62,000 nucleotides of DNA. It comes from Octopus vulgaris (Eukaryota). A program made the translations under genes and the position numbers. The notes under the pieces were generated by a model. The model ran no database searches and was not told the origin of the DNA. It was given only the letters and a program-made list of their open reading frames with translations. The stretch covers positions 102,258,001 through 102,320,000 of the forward strand of contig OX597821.1 in the NCBI GenBank assembly GCA_951406725.2. The letters run 5' to 3'. Positions within the stretch are counted from its first letter, which is position 1. Each line of letters opens with the position of its first letter. Below, one piece after another: positions 1 to 11,694 of this stretch.

Positions 1-132
1 AGCAAATACCCTCACAAGGTATTGGTCGGCCTGGGGTTATAATAGAAGACACTTGCCCAAGGTTTGACACAGTGGCACTGAACCTGAAACCTCACAGTTG
101 CCAAGTGTGAGCTTCTTCACCTTACAGTCATG
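1..132 (-). mobile_element. SINE family A (tRNA-headed octopus SINE), 5' part, degenerate
   Basis: Matches the cacaagg..ggtcggcc..tagaagacacttgcccaagg..ctgaacc motif shared with the intact copies at 6945-7336 and 61143-61530. Confidence 0.75.
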
Positions 133-387
133 TCTTTAACTTTAGGTAAATGCTTCTAAAGTCTTTTATAATATGATATTACTGGTAGATGTTATGAAAG
201 CCGTTTTTGTTTCACTAAAATCCCTTTGGCGTATTACTGCCAACAAGCTTTGTTCACAAACACTGTCTTACAAAGCACAAAATCTTAAGTTTTGTTTAAA
301 AAGCCGTCAGTATTTATAGTAACAATAGATTTAAAAGAAAAAATACTGCACCTCATAATATAATAAAAAGGTCTATATACAGCTTCA

Positions 388-735
388 TAGGAGCAGGCAT
401 GGCTGTGTAATTAGGAAGCTTTGCAACCACATGGTTTTAGATTCAGTCTCAATGCACGTCACCTTGATCTACTATAGGCCTGGGTTAACCAAGGCCTTGT
501 GAGTGAATTTGGTAGACATATTACTGTATGTATAAGCCTGTGTGTTTGTTCTCCACCACCAACTGACATCTGGTGTTGGCTTGTTTATGTCCCTATAACT
601 TAGCGGTTCGGCAATAGGCATCAACAGAATAAGTGCCAGGCTTTAAAAATAAGTACTAAAAACAATTTGTTCAACTAAATCCTTAAGTTGGTGCCCCAGC
701 TCGGTCGCATTCTAATGACTCAAAAAAGTAAAAGA
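388..735 (+). mobile_element. SINE family A, degenerate full-length copy
   Basis: ggctgtgt..head, ccttgtgagtgaatttggtagac body, and taacttagcggttcggca / ccagc..gtcgcattctaatgactcaaaaaagtaaaag tail are colinear with other copies. Confidence 0.75.
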
Positions 736-804
736 AAGGTAACAAAATCAATGAGTTTAACACGAAGTAGGATGAATAATCAAAGAAAATTAATAATCCA
801 ACGC

Positions 805-812
805 AAAAAAAA
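805..812 (-). terminator. Pol III terminator (T8) of the tRNA-Ala gene
   Basis: A8 on the plus strand is T8 on the minus strand, 3 nt downstream of the tRNA 3' end. Confidence 0.75.
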
Positions 813-815
813 TTC

Positions 816-887
816 TGGAGATGCCGGGGATCGAACCCGGGGCCTTTCGCATGCAAAGCGAACGCTCTACCACTGAGCTACATCCCC
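816..887 (-). tRNA. trnA-UGC: tRNA-Ala (anticodon TGC), intronless, apparently intact
   Basis: Reverse complement reads GGGGATGTAGCTCAGTGGTAGAGCGTTCGCTTTGCATGCGAAAGGCCCCGGGTTCGATCCCCGGCATCTCCA. It has a full cloverleaf, the G3:U70 Ala identity pair, discriminator A73, and A and B boxes. Confidence 0.96.
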
Positions 888-999
888 CGATTGAAAATAG
901 GTTTCTTATTTTACCTTATTATTCTTAATATTACTAATGCTTTTCAAAATTTCTGCTGTATAACATTAATATTTTTACTGATTACAACATCTATGATTG

Positions 1000-1900
1000 A
1001 TATTCGAAAATTTTGAATAAATGTTTCTCGCCACGTTCTTGATTTTTTTCTATTACACACCCACTATTTAAGGTAGTAGCTGATGAGAGAACTAGATTAT
1101 CGATAATCGATAAAAAGAAAAGAGCTAGTGCATCTATACATAATTTTAATACGTAGCCACATGTTTGTATAAAACGTAACGTCTTCGTATTTGTATGTTG
1201 TCAACCGAATATTATAAAATGGACTATTCCAAGCTTCGTCAGTTTTAATTCCTAATTCACGAAGCAAATGATCTTTTACTCGAGAAAAGTTTTTAAAATC
1301 AATTTTTTCCTCTTTTTTTTTTAGAAAAACAGAAGCAAAGGGAAACCTATCAAATTTACTACTGTAAATTATTTGGGAGTTTGCATGTGTCTAAATCAAC
1401 TACGAAAAATTAATTGCCAAAAATTATTTACGGAAGGCTGTTCGTGCCATAATTCAGTATGCAACACCTTGACAGTAATTAGGTAGAAATATAGGCCATA
1501 CCAGAGAACGATGTAAAAACACGGAAAGCAGGGGGAAATACATACAAAGGGCGTGAACACGCTTATCCTTTATTAGTTATCAACTAAAAATCATCACAAT
1601 TTCGATGCTTTATCGATAATATTGTTCAATTTGACGGCGTCAGCAGCAAAATGTTGCTGGGGGTTTAAATGAGCGACCATGAAAGACAGTAAGATAAGTG
1701 CAAAAAAAAAAAAAAAAAAGGCGAAGTCTCTAGATTGAACGATGAAAAGAACGAATTATGACGAAACCATATAAAACGAAAAGGCTAGAATTAACGAAAA
1801 AATATATAATAAACGTCACGCACATCCCTATACAGACATATCCATCTGTTTGTGATGCTCTTTATAGGATAACTACGCTAGATTTGTGTGTGTGCGCACC
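1000..1900. promoter_or_regulatory. Repeat-poor, CpG-retaining, promoter-like region with a near-palindromic TGACGGCGTCA (1632-1642) and a strong GTAAGA donor at 1689
   Basis: Visibly more CpG than flanking DNA, free of SINEs and microsatellites, next to a tRNA gene. ATG AGC GAC CAT GAA AGA CA|gtaaga at 1669-1688 could be a first coding exon. This is inference only. Confidence 0.35.
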
Positions 1901-2844
1901 GTTCAGTTTGGCTCTAATTATTGAGTCTTAGGTTTTTGTTGGCGTGCTGCCTCTATTGAACATTTTGTTATGTGTTGCAACGTTGCGATCAAAATAAAAA
2001 TGTTATTTTGACGTTTATTTGCTGAGCTTTGCATACCATAAGCGACTCTGTTCACATCGAAACTAAATATGTTTACTAAACAAATAAAGATATCACTCCA
2101 TATAGACATTTATTAAAAAAACATTCTAGTTGGTAATATTTAGATAGTTACGCCCCCAAATTATATTTTGTATCAAGTAAAAATAGGAAGAAAACGGGGT
2201 AGTTAAAACTGGGAGCAACAGTAATGATAAATGTCAAAATCTGACTTGGTTTTCTTGAACTACCGAAAGGAAAAAGCAGTTGCTTCAAAATCGACAAATT
2301 ATGCACCCCTCTAATTTTTTATTTTTGATTCCCCGCCACCCATAATTTTACATACTTTGTGTGTGATACAATCATATTCTTCCTCTCGTATAAAGCCCGA
2401 TAATTAATGTCATCTCTTGAATGTAAAAGTCTGAATGAGGCATTCAGTTTTCGTTTCGTTTATGTAGAAAAGTCGAGTCAGATTTTCATGCTTCCCTATT
2501 ACTGAAATCATCTACTTTCATTATACTGGTTTTCTTTTCAACTTTAAACTTTATTCACCAAGCTACTCACGTAATAATTGTAAAATCATATCTATTTGAT
2601 TACAAAGAACAAATTATGACTGACAACAAACAATAATTAATCACTTGAGGAAACTCTGCCTGAAAAATGTTATGCGCGCATTATTTTCCACACAACTCTT
2701 GGCGAGTTGTTTTCATTTCGATTCCCAGTTGTAAAAGTTTCACATCTTCAACATTGCTATTGCTACTGAGAATATCGTAAATCTTATACAAATTTATTTA
2801 TCCCACCCCGGTTCCTTATTTCTTCGTCAAAACAAGAACTAAAT

Positions 2845-4324
2845 TTGGTAATTTGTGGGTTTATCCCATGCACTATACAGTTGCCATCCATTCAAGAGGT
2901 TCTTCCAAATGGATGTGTTCTACAGATCAAGGATTTTATTTGGTTCCTTGACATTTTCACAACTTTAATTGTTGATTTATCTTATCTAACGTTTTCCTAA
3001 AAAGGTATGCTAATTCGCCCCCCAGGGGCGAATTAGCATACGAATTTCATAACATGATATTCCGATATTCTCGGTTGTCATACTATGAGTTGGCTTTATC
3101 TGTCTTTTTGGTTCTTTCTTTTCTATTCCACAATTTACTCCTGTTTCGCCGGGAGATCCCATTCTCTATTATGGTCTTGAACTTACCCTTGAATCCTTTG
3201 TATACTCTGATCCCATCTGTTTGGCTGTACTCAGATAACTGGATACGATGGATATGAAGTGTTGTATGTGTCTTTCTAATTCCGTTGGGTCGCACATGCA
3301 TGATACGTTTCTCATCATCTTTAACAAGTCCGCTTTTAGGATACTGAACTTGATATTATCTGCAAGAGCTGCGTTCACGTAGACGTATTTAGAGGCCATG
3401 GGTTTGGTATAGTGGGAATGAAGGATCTGGACCTTGTTGCTCCTGGTTTCCAGCCAGAGTTGTGTGTCTAAAATCGATTGTCTGTTGTTAGGGTGTTTGC
3501 TAAGGAAATTTGTTGTTACTTAAATATTCAAGTGGATGGAGTTAGATACATGCTGGATGCCCTTCATAAAGTTAGCTTCTAGTTCATTGAAAAGCACCAC
3601 TGTCTTGCAGAGGTGCTTTTTCCACTATGTTGATACCATCCACAAAACGGGAGCACATGTTTAGGGTTATGGAGCTCTCTGCTAAGCATTCTTTGAGGTC
3701 TTCTGTCCCACAATAGTATGAAGAGGCTAGCCACATCGCCAGCAATACTGACACCGATGGCTGCACCCTCTTTTGGGGCTCATATCTTGTCATTAAACTT
3801 GAACATGTGGCCCTTTCATGTAACTTTGGTACTCACACCTACCGCATGTGCAACCATTTTTTTCGTGTGATTGTAGTTATCGTGGGTTCGTATGGCTCTG
3901 GTCCACCAGTTCCATCTTCTCCATGTCGCTCTCACTGATCATCTCAACAGCTAAATCAACATCAGTGGATGAATGTAGAGACACCACATCCATACTGCCT
4001 ATTATGCATCCTGTTGCGTCGCAGGTGGGGTTCCATTTGTTGATTCTGTGGCGTTCTTGATGGTCTTGCCACTGGATCAGTGGTCGCTTTTTTATCCTTG
4101 CGGAGTCTATACAGCGCTGGGACATCGTTATTTGCAACTTGAAAGTTGTTGGTCGTGCGTTTCTTTAGTCCTATGAGGTTTGATCACATCATGATGTGAG
4201 CATGGAGAATCTTTTCCCTCTCTACATGTGCTTGTATTGTTATTTCTCTCAAGTTGGTGTTGTGAGGTTGCACTGCCTGAATGTTGTTTGGCAGGCTGGC
4301 TATCGACATTTTCTTCTTCTCTCC
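2845..4324 (-). mobile_element. Degenerate Penelope-like retroelement (RT, thumb and Cys linker), Naiad-like
   Basis: Joined frames give VPALYRLRKDKK, IGSMDVVSLH, FKFNDKI..QKEGAAIGVSIAGDVASLFILLWD, SRFVDGINIV, ILHSHYTKPMAS, GGELAYLFRK and IKVV..IKSLICRTHPF..*MDGNCIVH. Multiple stops and frameshifts. Confidence 0.8.
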
Positions 4325-4472
4325 CAGTGGTTCCCAACCTGTGGTCCACAAAAGTAGTACAGGGTGTCTGTGAACATGTTAAGCTGATAAGACTATTCAA
4401 TATCCTGGGGTTCGTGGGAAAACTCATTTAAATAAAAGGGGTCATTGGTAGTGAAAAGGTTGGGAACCACAG
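4325..4472. mobile_element. hAT/Charlie-type MITE
   Basis: Terminal inverted repeats cagtggttcccaacct ... aggttgggaaccacag (15/16 match). No clean TSD seen. Confidence 0.75.
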
Positions 4473-4637
4473 CTCTAGCTCATCATTTCTCTCACTACTA
4501 TCTCTCTGGTTCTCTCTATTATTGTTCCTGTTGTTGTTAGTGTTGGTTTGCATATTTTCATAGTTGTCTTTGTTGTTGTTGTTCTTGTTGCTATCCTCAC
4601 TGCTATCACTATTCTTAAAACCATTGTTATCATTAGC

Positions 4638-4835
4638 GAGCCGGTAGAATTGTTAGTACGCCAGGCAGAATGCTAAGCAGCATTTCGTCAGTCCTTACAT
4701 TCTGAGTTCAAATTCCACCGAGGTCGACTTTGCCCTTCATCCCTTCGGATGAGCGCTAGGGTCGATGTAATCGACTCGTTTCCGTCCCACAAAATTGCTG
4801 CTCTTGTGACAAAATTTGAAGCCATTATTATCATT
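4638..4835 (+). mobile_element. SINE family B copy
   Basis: ttctgagttcaaattcc B-box, gaggtcgactttgccc/tttcatcc central domain, and aaaattgctgctcttgtgacaaaatttgaagccattatt tail. Confidence 0.8.
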
Positions 4836-4881
4836 AATAATATTAGTTTGGTTGCACCCATGGAAAACTTAAAATTTAGTA

Positions 4882-5965
4882 TGTTGAAGTAATTGTTCGA
4901 AATGGTTATATAATGGGACATTATTTTGTCTTTCTGTGTTCGTGTGTTCGTTGTACTCTGTAGTGTGATGGAGGAAAAAGAAGCAAATGGGAGAAGGGAA
5001 TACAGAGACCTTACCTGTTGACCTAGGCAGGATGAGCAATCACTCTCAAGAAGTAAACACGTCCTCGCACGCTACCGTCTCTCATCGAACTCCCCGCACG
5101 TGCTTCCGGCCCACGCATGCCCCATGGCTGTTCAGCCGGCCCCTGCAGTCTTCACTTCCGTCTACATCATCTGCAATCCACTTCACCAACACCACATAGC
5201 TCATCACAGCCCATAACACCACACGTCCCCCCCCCCGATCTACACATCATTCAACCAGCTTTCCCACTCACTCCTCGCTCCTGAACTCACACCTTAACTG
5301 GTTTCATGATCAGCCGACCAGGGAGAAGGGTGCCACTCCCTCTGTGGTCGCCGTGCGACCCTGGGACTGGCCTGAGTTCCTGGCATGCTGCTGCTGTCTT
5401 CCTCTTCTTGCCTACTGTTTCTGTCTTCATCTTCTTGCCCATTGTTGCTGGTTCCATCCTCTGAGGCATGAACAATCTTCCATACATCCAAAACGTGGCG
5501 TGGCATACCATCGACAGAGATGTTCTTCAAATTGATGGAGGTTATTGTTCCCTTTCCTCATCGTGATGTACACCATGCATTTGGGGGTTTTACCCAAACT
5601 TCTTCTCCGACCTGCACGAAGGTGTGCTCTTCCTCTGCCCCGGATCATATGGATACCAACACTTGTACCTGAATATTGCTCTGTGTGGCACCGACTCCTC
5701 AGCCTGTCCTGAGCAGGGCGACATATTGTACCAAAATACAGCCTCAATTGGTGAAATATGGCCCCTCTCTGCCATGATCCTGAAGGTACGATGATGCCTT
5801 TCCACCACCCCATTTCCACTTGGCCGGTATGCTGTCCTGAAGAAGCAGTTGACCTGCCACCCATCAAGCATTTCTTTCAGCTCCTCCGAGCAAAATGCAG
5901 TGCCATTATCCAGAAGCAGTTCATCCACGGGGCCTCATTCCTGGAATATCTCATTTAATACTTTC
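4882..5965 (-). mobile_element. Gypsy-type LTR retrotransposon remnant: integrase core, polypurine tract and probable 3' LTR
   Basis: ORF 5590-5928 has DNGTAFCSEE..YRPSGNGVVERHHRT (rve core). A G10 PPT at 5227-5236 is followed by TG at 5223 and a candidate ..TTCAACA end at 4882. Confidence 0.75.
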
Positions 5966-5979
5966 ACGATTTCCTCTGA

Positions 5980-6292
5980 GGGGCAGCACTTCCATAACAC
6001 TACATTACCAGTTGCAGATTCACCAGAGAGGCAGTCCTTCCATAACACTACAGCAATGGTCACAGATTTCGTCACAGGGGCAGCAGTACCATAAAAGTAC
6101 AGCAACGGTCGCAGATTTTGCCACAGGGCTGGCAGTTCTATAACACTACTAGTGACAGGCTCACATTTTGCCACTGGAGCCGCCACTTCATAGCAATACG
6201 GGTAACCATATCAAATTTTGCCACAGGAACAGCATCTTCAGAACAGTACTAGTAATAGTTTCAAATTTCCCCACAAGGGCAGCAATTTTCAA
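5980..6292. repeat. Degenerate minisatellite, about 6-7 units of 48-50 bp
   Basis: Unit starts at 5980, 6028, 6077, 6126, 6176, 6226 and 6276. Consensus is roughly gggcagcagt.ccataacactac..t.a..gt..ca.attttgccaca. Confidence 0.75.
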
Positions 6293-6299
6293 AATTGGA

Positions 6300-6725
6300 A
6301 ATAACACTGACATCTCATTTTAACAGATTTATTTACCAAAATTACATAAAAATATCTTCAAATACTAAAGTGTAAATTTATTCAATAAAATCACCTTTGG
6401 GCTTGAACCACGGCCTCCAGATGACTTCAGAATCTCCTGCAACTCTTCTGGACAGTCTCCTTAGTTAAGTTGGTCAATGGTGCCATAATCATTGCCTTCA
6501 GTTCATCTTTGGTACAAAAGGATGTTTGTTGGTCTCTCATTCAACTGCGCCCCACACATAATAATCAAGGTGGTTGCAGTCTGGGGAGTTAGGTGGCCAG
6601 ATGTTAGGGGTGATGTGGTTGCAGAAATTATCTAACAGACATGACTGGGTTCTCCTGCTTGTGTGGTGTGGTGCAGAATCCTGTTCTTAGACATAGGGTC
6701 TTCCAGCAGCCACCCTCTTGATCTA
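6300..6725 (-). mobile_element. Tc1/mariner DD37D (maT-like) transposase C-terminal remnant
   Basis: QDSAPHHTSRRTQSCLLDNFCNHITPNIWPPNSPDCNHLDYYVWGAVE with 37 residues between the two Asp. Ends ..DFIE* at 6378. Confidence 0.85.
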
Positions 6726-6779
6726 GGGCAGCACTACCTCCTTCAGGTATTTGATGTAGGCCTCCATATTGAATGTCCC

Positions 6780-6920
6780 ATAACTTAATGGTTTGGCAAA
6801 AGAGACCAATATAATAAGTACTAGGCTTACAAAGAAGAAGTCTCGGGGTTGATTTGTTCACCTAAAGGTGGTGCTCCAGCATGGCTGCAGTCAAACGACT
6901 GAAACAAAAAAAAAAAAAAG
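6780..6920 (+). mobile_element. SINE family A, 3' part
   Basis: taactta..aagagacca..taagtactaggcttacaaagaa..ctccagcatggctgcagtcaaacgactgaaacaa tail. Confidence 0.8.
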
Positions 6921-6944
6921 TGAATAGATACTCTTTCTTTTTTC

Positions 6945-7336
6945 TCTTTTTATTTGTTTCAGTCATTTGACTGTGGCCATGCTAGAGCACTGCCTTTAGT
7001 AGAGCAAATCGATCCCAGGACTTATTCTTTGTAAGCCTAATACTTATTCTATCGGTGTCTTTTGCCAAACCGCTAAGTTACAGGGACGTAAACATACTAA
7101 CATCGGTTGTCAAACGATGTCGGGGGGACAAACACAGACACACAAACATATACACACATGTATATATATATATACATATATACGACGGGCTTCCTTCAGT
7201 TTCCATCTACCAAATCCACTCACAAGGCCTTGGTCGGCCTGAGGCTATAGTAGAAGACACTTGCCCAAGGTGCCACGCAGTGGGACTGAACCTGGAACCA
7301 TGTGGTTGGTAAGCAAGCTACTTACCACACAGCCAC
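6945..7336 (-). mobile_element. SINE family A, near full length
   Basis: Tail, (TA/CA) linker and tRNA-like head (gtggctgtgtggtaagtagcttgcttaccaaccacatggttccaggttcagtcccact) all present. Confidence 0.88.
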
Positions 7337-7538
7337 GAAAATGATTGATAAGTATCTGGACGTAGCAAAACAAGTCAGAAAGAAAGTTAAGCGTAATTTA
7401 TCACTTGTGTTACTGGAACACAGAAAACAGCAGGGAAACAGAAAATGTTGAAAAGAATGAGAAACATTGGAACTGAGATGTAGGAAGTGACGGAAGGTGG
7501 GGGTGGGGCAGAAAATGTTTTGTTCTAATTTCTAACAG

Positions 7539-7618
7539 GATCCTTTGCAACGTCAATGACAGTTGTGAAGATCTGTCAATAAATCTTAAGATATTATTGA
7601 TTGGTTCACACGATGGAT
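7539..7618 (+). other. Candidate orphan coding exon (ILCNVNDSCEDLSINLKILLIGSHDG)
   Basis: Strong acceptor ttttgttctaatttctaacag, an open frame, and donor GTGAAT. Phase-compatible with the candidate exon 1669-1688. No homology recognised. Confidence 0.2.
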
Positions 7619-8255
7619 GTGAATATTTATAGCTCAACACCAGCAACTGCAACTTCTATGACTCAGTGGTTAGAGCACTGGGCTCACAATCATGATATAG
7701 TGAGTTTGATTCTTGGATGGGGCTGTGTGTTGCTCCAGTTCATTCACCAGCTGTAGAAATGAGTCGTGATGTCATCGGTGCTAAGCTGTATCAATTTTTG
7801 TGCCTATTCCTTGGATAACATCGATGACATGTGAGGGGAGACTGACATGCATGGGTGACTGCTAGTCTTCCATAAATAATTTTACTTGGACATGTGCCCC
7901 AGAGGGGAACATTCTAGGTGCAATCCCATGGTCATTCAGACTGAAGGGGATCCTTATATAGATATACACACACATATATTATCTGGTACTTATTCTGTCA
8001 GCCTCTTTTACTGTACTGTAAAGTTATGGGGATGTAAACAAACCATCACCAGTTGTCAAGCAGAGAGAAAGACAACTACAAACACATACAATTATTTCTA
8101 TCTGCCCCTTTACATATATATATATATATGTGTGTGTGTGTGTTAGAAGAAATAAGGTACTCAGAAATGTGGATGGTTTTATAGTTACAGATTTTTATAA
8201 ATCATATATTAGCACTTGCATCTACTCTAGTGGATTCTTCAGATTCATATATATA

Positions 8256-9258
8256 TTAGGTCGTCAGGTATGAAATTTGTCGTAAGGTATATGGTAAACT
8301 TTGACAGGTGCTCATTTTGCACCATTATTATATTTTGACAATTTTTATTTTTTGTTAGAAAGCTGACACATCTATTTCTTTATTCTAACTCATTTTGTGT
8401 TTTATAAAGTATTTATACATCGTTTTTTGCTATTTTTGTTTAGAGATGGATAAGTTGGAAATTCATACAGTTTTGAAATATGAGTTCTTTCTTGGAAATA
8501 CAGCATCACAGACAACTCGGAATGTTAATGGAGTATTTCATTCTAATGTTATTACACACCAGACAGTACCAAATTGGTTTGCAAAATTTTGTTCTGGTAA
8601 CTTTGACCTCACACATGAGCAATGCGGTCAACCAGAAACAAAGGTGGATAATGACAAACTGAAAGACACCATTGAGTCAGACCCATTTTAAAGTTCCCAT
8701 GAATTATAGTTGTTGTTTGGTGTTAGCAACAAAACAATATTGACTCACCTAGTTGAAATCAGTAAAAGGAAAATGTTGGATAAGTGGGTTCCACATGAAC
8801 TCAATGGAATTCAGAAACAGCAATGTTTGGAAGCTTGCATTATGCTAATTTCTTGTCACAAAAATGAAATATTTTTTAATTGAATTGTGACATGTGATGA
8901 GAAATGGATCCAATACAACAACCGTAAATGTTCAGCACAATGGTTGGACTAAGATGAGCCACCAAAACACAGTCCAAAAAGCAAAATTCATCAAAAGAAG
9001 CTGATGGTGTGTGTTTGGTGGTCTGGCACAGGTGTGATCCATTACAGTAATCCTGGCTCATCAATAACGGCCAAAGTATATTGCAGCCAACTGCACCAAA
9101 TGATGCAGAATCTTACAAAATAACAGCCTAGATTAGTCAACAGATCTTATCCTATTTTATTGCAAGTCAACACCAGGTCACACATCGCAAAAATGACATT
9201 GGCGATACTACAGGAGTTGCTGTTAGAAGTTCTCCATCATCCACCATACTCACCTGGT
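8256..9258 (+). mobile_element. Mariner transposon relic, 3'-truncated by an RTE fragment
   Basis: ta|ttaggtcgtcagg TIR-like start. MDKLEIHTVLKYEFFLGNTASQTTRN (from 8446), WVPHEL, IVTCDEKWI and HPPYSP motifs, with stops and frameshifts. Confidence 0.9.
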
Positions 9259-9304
9259 GTGTAGAATGTGTGAGAAGTTTTCTTGTTAAGTGTGGGTGGG
9301 ACAC

Positions 9305-9990
9305 ACAGTGCTTCTAGAACTCAATTTTGCTGATGTGGGCAGGTCTTCTCTAGAACTTTATATCGACAGACATCTTGGCCCATTGTCATTTTCTCCATGA
9401 GGCACGACATCCTGAGATCGATCCTTACCACTTCATCCCACGTCTTCCTGGATCTCCCTCTTCCACGGGCACCATCCACTTTCAGTGACTGGCAATTATT
9501 TAAGCAGCTGTCCTCATTCATATCCATCACATGTCCAATAGTCTTCTCTCTTGCATGCTACATTTGATTCCTCTTATGTCCAACTTTTCTTTCAATATAT
9601 TTGTACTTTGCCGTACCTGTGTACTGATGTTGCATATTCAATGGACCATACTACCTTCATTGCTCTTCAGTTTATGCATGTCTCCAGCATTCAGAGCCTA
9701 TGTCTCACTACCATGGAGTATAGCTGTGCGCACACAGGCATCATATAGTCTACCTGAGAGAGAGTCCTTTTATTGCCAACAGAGGTAATATCTCCACCCA
9801 ATTCTTATTCTACAAACAATACTTTCAGAACATCCTCCACCATTGGTAATTTGCTCACCTATGTAACAGAAACAATCTACAACATCAAGAGAACCTCCTG
9901 AGAATCTAAGTCCTGTATGATCATAGTTCTTATTGTTCTTGTACATCTGCAACATACAAAGATGACTTTATCTGTTAATCTACCTGTGAT
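9305..9990 (-). mobile_element. RTE-clade LINE 3' fragment
   Basis: LDVVDCFCYIGEQITNGGGCSESIVCRIRIGW and LKVDGARGRGRSRKTWDEVVRIDL. Confidence 0.88.
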
Positions 9991-10734
9991 TCCACTGCAC
10001 CTCTTATGTGTCCATAGTTTATACTGGGTGCAATGAATGGAATTTCTTCCAACTCCTTTCCTACATATTGAGCAGGGCCATTTACCTGACAGAGAGTTTT
10101 ATCTTCTTTCTTACTAGAAATTAACGAAGTGAAATAGCGAGTCTGTGTAACATTTATCTAGGATTAAGTGACAATGAAATAAGTACAACAAAACATATTA
10201 CAGGTATCATAAAGCCATTAATATAATTGAAGACACAACTAAACTCTGAGAGTACATTGTTAGTTTAGTAATCTATATACATTTGTGATATGATTGATAA
10301 ACTGTTGTTTAAGGTAACAAAGTTGGAGGTAGATGATTTAATAAGAGTTGACAGAAAGGCAAAGAAAATTAATTATACCAATTAGGATGCTTCATGAAGA
10401 AAATAAAGAAAAACAAAAAATACATTACTGACATGCTTTGTCGCTTACTAAATTGTTTTATTGTTTTATCGTTGTGTATTATTTATTATGGTTTAAAGAA
10501 TGTAATATTCTAATAAGTGAATACATGTATCGTAGTTAAGTTAGCTAACATATTTAATGCAGGGTGAATAAAAAAGAGCTAACTAGAAATAATTAATTAG
10601 AGTTGTACAAAACAATGTTGAGTAAGATACATGTGTATACAATCATATTTATCATATTCATGTATACTTGGACATGGAAAGACTTTTTGCTGCAGAAATA
10701 GTCTCAGGAAGAAATTTTCTTGTCATCACACCAT

Positions 10735-10940
10735 CACAATTGTCATCGTCATTTAATGTCCACTTTCCATGCTGGCATGGTTTAGACAGTTTGACAGGAT
10801 CGAGCCAGCCAGAAGGTTTCACCAGGCTCTAATCATCCGTTTTGGCATGGTTTCTACAGCTGTATGTTCTTCCTAATGCCAACAACTTATAGAGTGCACT
10901 TGATGCCTTTTATGTGGCACAAGCACAGGTCCGTTTTTTG
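10735..10940 (-). mobile_element. SINE-like family C (RTE-type (GAT)n tail), degenerate
   Basis: catcatttaatgtccactttccatgctggcatgg..tttctacagctgtatgttcttcctaatgccaac. Confidence 0.7.
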
Positions 10941-11694
10941 TAGCCCCATCATGAGGCATTTTTTTTTCATGATGACTGGCATCCGTGCTAGTGGAGCGCT
11001 AAGAGCACCATCCGAGCATGATCGTTGCCAGAGTAGCAACTCCTGCATTTGACATAAGTTGAAAACTATACATATATTTTATCTAAGAAGAAAACAATCC
11101 CATTTACCAAAAAAAAAAAAAACATAAGAATTATTGAGGCACAAAATGAGATTCATGAATAGTTTTTTAAGGATCACTAAATCTGCTTTGCCACATCTGC
11201 CCATGAAGATATGATGTAAATAAAACATCACTAGTCCCACATTGTTACTGGAGTTTCTTCTTGGTGAACATCCACACAAGAAGGAGTCTGTTAATGTGGC
11301 ATAATGAGGGTGTTCTCTTGATAGAATTAAGGGATTTCACCAGATTTCTTGATGAAATTATGGGACAGCACTGTTCTCACTTCTGCTCAATTAACTTTCA
11401 CTTTTTTTTAAATCCTTAAACAGCGTGTTTGAATTAATGTGCAAGAAATTGGTTATGCTTCTACAACGCACAAAAATATTTTAGTAATTTTTTTTTATAC
11501 ACTTCATAATGATATTTAATTATAAAAATATAATAGGGTGTTTTTTTAAACATTGAATGGGTATGAAGGTCCAATAGAGTAGAGTAGGAATCAAAAGGGT
11601 CCATAGGTAAAAAAAAAAATGGTTGAGACATACTACCTTAACTCAAAATGTATGGGCTTGTGCCAAAGTTTAGAATTCCTTTACTTTAAATTCT

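Noticed and set aside
688-876. 62-aa plus-strand ORF
   Set aside because: It spans a SINE tail and the antisense strand of the tRNA-Ala gene.
5590-5928. Integrase ORF as a domesticated gene
   Set aside because: It is truncated, flanked by stops and frameshifts, and followed by a PPT and LTR as in a decayed retrotransposon.
5980-6292. Regular ~50-bp periodicity as a CRISPR or coding repeat
   Set aside because: The whole unit is repeated with no unique spacers, unit lengths of 48-50 break frame, and it matches a SINE tail.
8395-8691. Mariner HTH ORF as a SETMAR-like host fusion
   Set aside because: The transposase has stops and frameshifts downstream, and no SET exons or splice link are visible.
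10130-10392. Two short plus-strand open frames (LCNIYLGLSDNEISTTKHIT and VTKLEVDDLIRVDRKAKKINYTN*)
   Set aside because: Splice phases do not join them to each other or to neighbouring candidates, and no homology was recognised.
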